The notes under the pieces are model-generated. The model ran no database searches. It saw nothing but the letters and a program-made list of their open reading frames with translations, and had not been told where the DNA came from. From Cenarchaeum sp. (GTDB lineage: Archaea > Thermoproteota > Nitrososphaeria > Nitrososphaerales > Nitrosopumilaceae), in NCBI GenBank assembly GCA_963692915.1, contig OY843584.1, forward strand, positions 1,440,001 through 1,504,000: a stretch of DNA of 64,000 nucleotides. The letters run 5' to 3'. Made by a program: the position numbers and the translations under genes. Positions within the stretch are counted from its first letter, which is position 1. The number at the start of each line of letters is the position of its first letter. Shown piece by piece: positions 57,020-64,000 of this stretch.

Positions 57020-58314
57020 GCGCGCCCATGTTCGTCGCCGTGGCCATCGTGGCAGCAGCGCTTGGCGCATGCACGGCTGCCCCGCTCGTGCTGCCCGAGG
57101 CCGACGCGCAGACGCCGTCTCCCTTTGATCGCAAGTTTGGCGGCATACGCTACCTTGATGCCTACTTTGGCCTTCCGTCCGCAAAGATGGAGGTTCGGCC
57201 AGGTGATGCCAACGTGCCAATCACAGTCGCAGTCGCCAACGTGGGCACGCATGACATCACGGGAATACGCGGCCAGCTCGCACTCCCCCTGGCCCTGAGC
57301 GCGCATGACGGCTCGCGCGCGGCAATTGCCGACGCCGAGGACAATGCCAACGCCGGCGAGACGTTCTACCTGACGTTCTATGTCAATGTCAGCCCACAGG
57401 CAACCATCGACGAGCATCCTGCGACGGTAAGGGTGGACTATTCGCGCATTCGCGAGTCCGGAACGCGCAACGAGTTCTTTGAGTTTAACATTGACGTGAC
57501 TGGCGACAGTGTCATAAACGCAAGCGCGCGCGACTCGTTCATCACGTCGCTTCGCGAGAACAGCGTTATCATTGACGTCTCGAACTCGGGAACTGCGCAG
57601 GTTTCTGGAGTCGAGGTGATTGCGTCTAGCACACAGGTCGACTCGGCCCAGTCAATGACGAACATCGACAATGTCGTCATACGCGAGTCGAGCTGGGATC
57701 TCGGCAACATCGGTCCCGGCGAGTCACGCGCACTCGAGGCGCACGTGTACGTCCCCGGCTCGCTCAGCGGTGACGTCCTGCGCGTCCCGCTCGCAATATC
57801 GTACATCAACGCGCAGGGCGACTCGCAGTCAATCACTCGCATCGCCGACCTCTACGTGCGCGGCCTCATCGACGCGCGCATATACGACGTGCGGGTTGCG
57901 GATCTTGGGGGCCGCCCGACCATAGTCGGCGACGTCATAAACGAGGGCAACGAGGATGCGCTCTTTGGCTTTGCGTCCCTTGTGCCGCTTGGCGGCTCAA
58001 ACCTTGCCGCCTCGATACAGTTTATAGACGAGATCGAGACTGACTCGCCCGTGCCATTTAGCATGCCCGTCGAGTTTGAGGGCGAGGCGCGCTATGGCGA
58101 GCATGACATCCGAATCGACGTGCGCTTCAAGGACTCGACGCGCGAGGAGACGATCATATCGTACGAGACGACTGTGGTCATACCCGAGCCAGTCGTCGAG
58201 GAGGACAACACGTCCAACATGCTCGCGCTCCTCCTCGCCGCACCCGTGGCCGTGGGTGCGGTCGTCCTCGTGCGCCGGCGCAGGCGCGCGCGCCACACGC
58301 CTGACATGCAATGA
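57016..58314 (+). CDS. COG1361 S-layer-family protein
   Basis: Signal peptide, repeated N.G...Ig-like domains, C-terminal TM + RRRR; in an operon with the LolDE-like ABC genes. Confidence 0.8.
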   Translation: MSAPMFVAVAIVAAALGACTAAPLVLPEADAQTPSPFDRKFGGIRYLDAYFGLPSAKMEVRPGDANVPITVAVANVGTHDITGIRGQLALPLALSAHDGSRAAIADAEDNANAGETFYLTFYVNVSPQATIDEHPATVRVDYSRIRESGTRNEFFEFNIDVTGDSVINASARDSFITSLRENSVIIDVSNSGTAQVSGVEVIASSTQVDSAQSMTNIDNVVIRESSWDLGNIGPGESRALEAHVYVPGSLSGDVLRVPLAISYINAQGDSQSITRIADLYVRGLIDARIYDVRVADLGGRPTIVGDVINEGNEDALFGFASLVPLGGSNLAASIQFIDEIETDSPVPFSMPVEFEGEARYGEHDIRIDVRFKDSTREETIISYETTVVIPEPVVEEDNTSNMLALLLAAPVAVGAVVLVRRRRRARHTPDMQ

Positions 58315-58345
58315 TTATATCCCAAAGGGCCGCGCCTCGCGCCCA

Positions 58346-58642
58346 ATGTCTGGCGACGAGATAGATGTCCCACTAGATGTCCGCGAGGACCTGCCGTCCT
58401 GGGTCGAGGAGACTCGCCTCGGCGACAGGCGCGGGGCCATCGCGCAGTACCGCTATGGCAACCTCCACATACGCCGCTACGCCGACAGGTACACCGTGCA
58501 TGTCGATCACGCCGACCCGCGCCGTGACCCCGTGGGCCACATTGTCCATGACGCCCCAGAGGTTGTTGCCGGAGCAATCGCCGCGCCGATCCTCGGATAT
58601 GCCACATACCTCATCGCAAAGTGGCTGCGGGACAGGTCATGA
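58346..58642 (+). CDS. Hypothetical protein
   Basis: GAIAQYRYGNLHIR...HVDHADPRRDPVGHIVHDAPE followed by a TM segment. Confidence 0.75.
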   Translation: MSGDEIDVPLDVREDLPSWVEETRLGDRRGAIAQYRYGNLHIRRYADRYTVHVDHADPRRDPVGHIVHDAPEVVAGAIAAPILGYATYLIAKWLRDRS

Positions 58643-60192
58643 TTCTGCGCGTGCGCTCTTTGCGTGTCCTGCTCAAGCTTGCGCCGTCAGTCATCGCGCT
58701 TCGCTCTGATCGCAAAAAGTGGCTAAAAAAGGAGAACACCGAGTCAGACATGGAGCGCTATCGCCGCAATGCGCAGCGTGTCCTCGACGCGTTCATCGAC
58801 CTCGGACCAGTCTACATAAAGCTCGGCCAGTGGCTCTCGGCGCGCGCTGACATACTGCCAAAGCCGTACATGGATGTCCTCTCGCGCCTCCAGGACGACG
58901 TGCCGGCAGCCCCGTTCAGCGAGGTTCTCCCCGAGATCGAGCGCGAGCTCGGGCCAGTTGATGAGGCCTTTGATGAGATATCGCATGAGGCGATCTCGGG
59001 CGCGTCCCTTGGCCAGGTGTACCGCGCGCGCCTGCGCGGCCAGGACGTCGTCGTAAAGGTTCGCCGGCCGGGAATAGAGCGCGCCGTGCGCGAGGACCTT
59101 CGCGACGTAAAGGCGCTTCTTCCGGCCGCACTGCGCTTTATCAACTCAAACCTGGGCATCACCGTAAAGGCAATGTTTGCGCAATTTGTCGAGACGATAC
59201 ACGAGGAGATGGACTATGGCGTCGAGCTCGAGAACCTGCGCTCAATACGCAAGAGCCTGGCCCACAGCCGCGGCGTCATCATGCCCGCCGTCCACGAGGA
59301 CCGCTCAACGAGCGCAATACTGACAATGGAGTACATACCAGGCACAAAGGTGACTGATATCGACGCCCTCGATGCCATGGGCATAGACCGCGAGAGGCTA
59401 GTCATAGACATACACAAGCTCTTCTTTCTCATGCTCCTGCGCCACCCCGTGTTTCACGCCGACCCGCACCCCGGCAACCTCTCTGTGGCGCCGGACGGGC
59501 GGATTATACTCTACGACTATGGCATGGTGGGCCGGCTAGATGACGAGACGCGCCTTAGGCTCATACGCCTCTATGCGGCCCTCTCTGACAAGAACGCCGC
59601 ACGCGCAGTGACGGCAATGGACGACCTTGGCATGCTCGTTCCTGACTATAACCGCCGCGTCATCGAGCAGGCCATAGCGCTGAGCATCAGGTCGATGCAT
59701 GGCCGGCGCGCAAGCGAGCTAGAGGTCAACATACTCGTCGACCTTGTCAACCGCACAATGGGCAACTTTCCGTTTCTCCTGCCAAAGCACCTGTCGCTCT
59801 ACATGAGAATGGCGACGCTCCTTGAGGGCATCTACAAGACGCATGGCGTAAAGTTCACGTTCATGGCGGTCCTCAAGGAGATACTCGAAGAGGAGCACAT
59901 GCTCGAGGACGCATACGTCTCGGAGATACGCTCGGGCATCGCGCGCCTCATCACATCTGTTGGCGATGTCGTCGAGCTCGCCCCGGAGATGCGGCGATTT
60001 CTTGATGACGCAAAGTCAGAGCGCGCCCGGCCCGCGAGATCCGGAACGCTCCTGCCGGGCAGCATCCTGGCAGCATCAACATTTATCGGCTCTGCGGTGA
60101 TATACGCGTCTGGCTCGGCTGCTGCCGGCGCAGTTGGCATGATGGCATCGATTGGAATAATTGCCGCATTTGTCCTGCTCGGAAGGCGCTAG
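58639..60192 (+). CDS. ABC1/UbiB/AarF family kinase
   Basis: YIKLGQ, ASLGQVYRA, VVKVRRP, FHADPHPGN, DYGM. Confidence 0.93.
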   Translation: MILRVRSLRVLLKLAPSVIALRSDRKKWLKKENTESDMERYRRNAQRVLDAFIDLGPVYIKLGQWLSARADILPKPYMDVLSRLQDDVPAAPFSEVLPEIERELGPVDEAFDEISHEAISGASLGQVYRARLRGQDVVVKVRRPGIERAVREDLRDVKALLPAALRFINSNLGITVKAMFAQFVETIHEEMDYGVELENLRSIRKSLAHSRGVIMPAVHEDRSTSAILTMEYIPGTKVTDIDALDAMGIDRERLVIDIHKLFFLMLLRHPVFHADPHPGNLSVAPDGRIILYDYGMVGRLDDETRLRLIRLYAALSDKNAARAVTAMDDLGMLVPDYNRRVIEQAIALSIRSMHGRRASELEVNILVDLVNRTMGNFPFLLPKHLSLYMRMATLLEGIYKTHGVKFTFMAVLKEILEEEHMLEDAYVSEIRSGIARLITSVGDVVELAPEMRRFLDDAKSERARPARSGTLLPGSILAASTFIGSAVIYASGSAAAGAVGMMASIGIIAAFVLLGRR

Positions 60193-60193
60193 C

Positions 60194-60586
60194 CTACTGT
60201 ATCGGTATGCTCGTCCCGCGCCGCTCGCGCGGAACGGTGACAGTCAGGACGCCTTCCTCACAGCGCGCCGAGCTGACCGACTCGGCAATGTCCTCGGCCC
60301 CTAGCGGGAGGCGTATCCTCTTGTCGACTAGGAGCGGCCTCTGCGCGCAGACAATGTCATCATCCTCGCCCTCGAGTCGTTCGCGCCGCGCGCGCACGAT
60401 CAGCGCGTTGCCATCAAGCCTAACCTCGATTGCGTCCTTTGGAAAGCCCGGCACGTCGACTGTGACGGTGATCTCGTGGCTCGACATTCGAATGTCAACG
60501 GCCGGCAGGACAAACTCGTAAAACTCGCGTGTCTTTGACCCAATCTCGCGCGAGACCTCGCGTGCGACCGTCTCCGTCATTCCCAT
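60194..60586 (-). CDS. Small heat-shock protein Hsp20/Hsp14
   Basis: DVPGF.K..I.V, A....GVLTVTVP. Confidence 0.88.
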   Translation of the reverse strand: MGMTETVAREVSREIGSKTREFYEFVLPAVDIRMSSHEITVTVDVPGFPKDAIEVRLDGNALIVRARRERLEGEDDDIVCAQRPLLVDKRIRLPLGAEDIAESVSSARCEEGVLTVTVPRERRGTSIPIQ

Positions 60587-60687
60587 GGGGGCAGGTGCAG
60601 GCCAATTTGGTTATAAATCCTGCGCAGCGCGCGCGCTCGGGGCACCGCGCCCACACCATTTTAATCGCCCACGGCCCGCGCGCCGGC

Positions 60688-61269
60688 GTGATAGTCACGA
60701 TCGAGGGCGCAGACCAGGCAGGCAAGGGGACACAGGCCTCGATGCTCGCGCGCGCCCTGCGCAGGCGCGGCACGGGATGTGCGCTCTTTAGCCTGCCTGA
60801 CTATGCGACCCCCGTGGGCCGCGTTCTTGCCGGCCTCCTTGCCGGCCGGCGCGACGTGCGCCCGCAGCTCGTCCACACGCTCATGGCGGCCAACCGCTGG
60901 GAGATCCTCCCCAGAATGGAGCGCGCCCTAGAGTCCGGCCGGACCGTCATAATGGACCGCTATTACCACTCCAATGTGGCCTATGGCATGGCCAACGGCC
61001 TGCGTCGCGCGTGGCTCGAGTCCCTCGATGCCGGCCTCCCGAGAAGCGACATCGTCATACTCCTCGACTCGCACCACGCCGAGTCGTTTCGCCGCAAGTC
61101 GGCCAACCGCGACCGCTTTGAGCGCGACGCAGTCTTTCTCGGCAAGGTCTCGCGCATATACCGCCAGATGGCCCGCCGCGGCCGCTGGCCAACGCTTGAC
61201 GCAACTGCCCCGCGCGAGGAGATTCACGCGCGCATAATGGAGATCGTCTCGCGGAGGATGCGCGCGTGA
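60688..61269 (+). CDS. tmk: Thymidylate kinase
   Basis: IEGADQAGKGTQ, ANRWE, MDRYYHSNVAYG. Confidence 0.93.
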   Translation: MIVTIEGADQAGKGTQASMLARALRRRGTGCALFSLPDYATPVGRVLAGLLAGRRDVRPQLVHTLMAANRWEILPRMERALESGRTVIMDRYYHSNVAYGMANGLRRAWLESLDAGLPRSDIVILLDSHHAESFRRKSANRDRFERDAVFLGKVSRIYRQMARRGRWPTLDATAPREEIHARIMEIVSRRMRA

Positions 61270-62501
61270 TCACCGAGATCATCGACCCAATCCACGGGTT
61301 TATCGAGGCGAGTCCGACGGAGATGCGCCTCATCGACGATCCCTCATTTCAGCGCCTTCGCCGGATAAACCAGCTCGCCGGCGCGCACCTTGTCTATCCG
61401 GGCGCGCGCCACGCGAGATTCGAGCACTCACTTGGCGCGATGCACATATCGGGCATGGCCGCCACGTCGCTAAAGAACCGCTCACAGATCACCGAGTCGC
61501 AGGGCAGCGCGCTTCGCCTTGCGGGACTGATCCACGACATTGGCCACGGGCCGTTCTCACACCTCTTTGAGTCAGTCATGCGCCGGCACCGTGGCCTCGG
61601 CGGCGCGTCACACGAGCAGATTGGAAGGCGAATACTCGAGGAGACCTCACTCGGCGACGCGCTGGGCCGCACGCGCCGCCGTGTCGCGGATCTCGCCTTT
61701 GGCGGCACAACGCCCTCGGCGCTCCCGGAGATAATCTCTGGCGTCATGGGGACCGACACGATGGACTATCTCTTGCGCGACGGCCATTTTACGGGCTCCG
61801 AGCACGCGCGCGTCGACCACCGCCGCCTCGTCGCCTCACTCGAGAGGCTTGGCAACAGGATGGGCCTTGCGCGCTCGGCACTCCACTCCTTTGAGTCAAT
61901 GATGCACTCGCGCCGCCAAATGTTCCGGACCGTCTACTTTCACCGCGCAGTCCGCGCCGCACAGTCGACGATGCTGCGCGCCTTTGACCTCGCCGCCGCC
62001 GAGCTCGGCCTCTCCTCGCTCACGCTAGAGGAGTATGTGGGCCTGACTGACGAGTCGACCATGGCGCTCCTCACGACGATGCGCCCTTCCACGCCGGCGG
62101 TCCGCGACGCGCAGCGCCTCGCCTTCGAGTACGCCTCACGTATGCTCCCAAAGTGCGTCCTCGACGTGCCGCTTGAGGATCGCGCCCCGGACACTGCCAA
62201 GATGGGCTCAGAGATAGCCGAGCGTGCCGGCGTCGCCGAAAATGCCGTCCTAGTCGACGTGACAGGCGTCTCCTCGATGCCACTGGGGGCCGGCGGGCGC
62301 TCGATGAGACACATCACGCTCGTCTCATCAGGCTCGCGTGGCACAAGGACTGCTGAGGACGTGCCGTTCTCGCGACTCCCGCTACTCGCCGCGCTCCTAG
62401 GCTCGATGGGGACGCTGCGCGTCTATGCGAGGAGCAACACAAAAAAGGTCGCCGATGCGGCCACCGCATCACACAGAAAATGGCAAGGAGAAAGCGCATA
62501 G
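61266..62501 (+). CDS. HD-domain phosphohydrolase (dNTPase/SAMHD1-like)
   Basis: DPIHG, FQRLRRINQL, RFEHSLG, HDIGHGPFSH, DYLLRD. Confidence 0.92.
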   Translation: MITEIIDPIHGFIEASPTEMRLIDDPSFQRLRRINQLAGAHLVYPGARHARFEHSLGAMHISGMAATSLKNRSQITESQGSALRLAGLIHDIGHGPFSHLFESVMRRHRGLGGASHEQIGRRILEETSLGDALGRTRRRVADLAFGGTTPSALPEIISGVMGTDTMDYLLRDGHFTGSEHARVDHRRLVASLERLGNRMGLARSALHSFESMMHSRRQMFRTVYFHRAVRAAQSTMLRAFDLAAAELGLSSLTLEEYVGLTDESTMALLTTMRPSTPAVRDAQRLAFEYASRMLPKCVLDVPLEDRAPDTAKMGSEIAERAGVAENAVLVDVTGVSSMPLGAGGRSMRHITLVSSGSRGTRTAEDVPFSRLPLLAALLGSMGTLRVYARSNTKKVADAATASHRKWQGESA

Positions 62502-63238
62502 TCATAAAGCTCTCGGGGAGCTCGTTTGCGCCTGAGGCCATCGGGCGCCTAAAGGACCATGCCGCCGTCCTCCTCGCCGCGTCTGCCTCGTGCCAGCCCA
62601 TAATCGTCGCCGGCGGCGGGGCGATCGCGCGGACCTACATATCGTATGCGCGGGCCGCAGGGGCCGACGAGTCGACGCTAGACGAGCTCGGAATCGACAT
62701 ATCGAGGCTCAACGCGCGCCTTCTCATACACCCCCTCGGGCGCCACGCGCACGCGCACCCGCCTGAGACGCTGCGCGAGGCCGAGCGGGCCGCTGACACG
62801 GGCAAGATCATAGTCGCCGGCGGGCTCTATCCTGGCCAGAGCACCAACGGGACGGCTGCGCTCATCGCCGAGCGCCTCAGGGCCGACGAGTTCATCAACG
62901 CGACTGACGTTGACGCAATATATGACAGCGACCCAAACAAGAACAGCGGCGCCAAGAAACTCTCGCGAATAGCGATCGCCGACCTGCGGTCCATGCTCGT
63001 CCATGAGGGCTCGATGGCCGGCGGCTATGACCTCATGGACATTATCGCGCTAAAGGTCATCGAGCGTTCGCGCATACGAACGCGCGTCATACGCTCCGAG
63101 CCAAAAACGATAGCAGCAGCCCTCAAGGGGCGTCGCACGGGAACCGAGATCATCCACGAATCGTTGGATAGCGGTCGTTCCAAATCTCGACATGCGAGCC
63201 GCCAAACTCGGGCATCCCGGACTCGACGAGCTTCCTGA
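62480..63238 (+). CDS. pyrH: UMP kinase
   Basis: IKLSGS, VAGGG..AR, PGQSTN, TDVD..YDSDP. Confidence 0.94.
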   Translation: MARRKRIVIKLSGSSFAPEAIGRLKDHAAVLLAASASCQPIIVAGGGAIARTYISYARAAGADESTLDELGIDISRLNARLLIHPLGRHAHAHPPETLREAERAADTGKIIVAGGLYPGQSTNGTAALIAERLRADEFINATDVDAIYDSDPNKNSGAKKLSRIAIADLRSMLVHEGSMAGGYDLMDIIALKVIERSRIRTRVIRSEPKTIAAALKGRRTGTEIIHESLDSGRSKSRHASRQTRASRTRRAS

Positions 63239-63434
63239 ATATCGACATTGCCTCTTCGCGCTCTAGCGCGCGCGACTGGGCCTTTGTGAACCCGTCGGCA
63301 TCAACTATTATCGCAACGTGGCCGTCTGGCGAGCGTATCGCCGAGGCTAGCTCCTCCTCGCCGACGGGGACAAACGTGCCGTTGACCTTTTTTGTCGTGA
63401 GTGTTAGCATCGCAAAGCCCGCAATGTCAAACAT
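63150..63434 (-). CDS. Hypothetical protein
   Basis: MFDIAGFAMLTLTTKK...EIW; natural composition; convergent overlap with pyrH. Confidence 0.65.
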   Translation of the reverse strand: MFDIAGFAMLTLTTKKVNGTFVPVGEEELASAIRSPDGHVAIIVDADGFTKAQSRALEREEAMSIFRKLVESGMPEFGGSHVEIWNDRYPTIRG

Positions 63435-63552
63435 GCGCATCTGTGATCTCGACGCGCGCCGCTTTCCCTCCCTTACTGCCTCAAAGTACTGCACTGTGAC
63501 ACGCCACGCGCGTGTGCGCAAATAATAAGCAATGCATACAAGTGCGCAGAAC

Positions 63553-63963
63553 TTACCTAATGACGCGCCTGGCCGTCGGCCTTGCGCGTGTGCTGGCCTT
63601 GCGCGTACGCCTTACGGAAGGACGACCCACGATTCCGCCACCCGGCGCCACTGTGCTCTGGCCGCGTCTTTTGACACAGTTGGTGCAGTATATGCGCACG
63701 CGTCCGCGCTTGTTGCGCTGAAACGCCGCGCCGCAGCGCGCACACTTGCGCCTTCGCTCCGAGATCGTCTCCTTGCCCCGCGTGCCCGAGTAGCGCTCGC
63801 GCGCAAGGCGCGCCCTGCGCTCCTTTACCTCCGGACGTGCGCCGTACTCGGCCATGAGCCTCTTGTGCTTTGCGGCGTTGCCCGGAATCGCATAGTACTT
63901 TCTCATGTACGCGTTGTACTTGTCCCTGTCGGCCTCCCTCACGCGCGTCGTTATGCGACCCAT
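63553..63963 (-). CDS. Basic helical protein with CxxC...CxxC zinc finger
   Basis: KCARCG..F......RIYCTNC; TTATATA box ~25 nt upstream. Confidence 0.6.
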   Translation of the reverse strand: MGRITTRVREADRDKYNAYMRKYYAIPGNAAKHKRLMAEYGARPEVKERRARLARERYSGTRGKETISERRRKCARCGAAFQRNKRGRVRIYCTNCVKRRGQSTVAPGGGIVGRPSVRRTRKASTRARPTARRVIR

Positions 63964-64000
63964 CGTCGAGGTGGCCAAATGCGTGGTATATAATCATACT

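Overview
GC-rich archaeal chromosome segment. The gene content (Rpo11, TFS, PCNA, aCPSF1, proteasome beta, EgsA, SepF, PoK/PPS CoA pathway, CbiH/BluB, CFI-box-CTERM protein) points to Nitrososphaerota (Thaumarchaeota), most likely a high-GC Nitrosopumilaceae or Cenarchaeum-like lineage; a sponge-symbiont lifestyle is inference only. About 16-64 kb is mostly housekeeping, with tRNA-Val(GAC), an intron-containing tRNA-Arg(CCT), an FTR1 iron-uptake locus with a DtxR/SirR-like operator, and two small AT-rich inserts (a YwgA/SocA-like gene and a coiled-coil PD-(D/E)xK gene). The most unusual part is 0.3-15.9 kb, an accessory surface-protein locus. It holds two HYR + beta-propeller proteins, a 2,261-aa HExxH metalloprotease-adhesin, a short HYR paralogue and decayed fragments. 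It shows signs of recombination: a 45-bp perfect inverted match between the giant gene's 3' end and a silent alternative tail, and six circularly permuted Ig repeats inserted inside another domain. Several small ORFs and structured intergenic elements absent from the ORF track were found by hand. All calls come from reading motifs; no database searches or folding programs were run.
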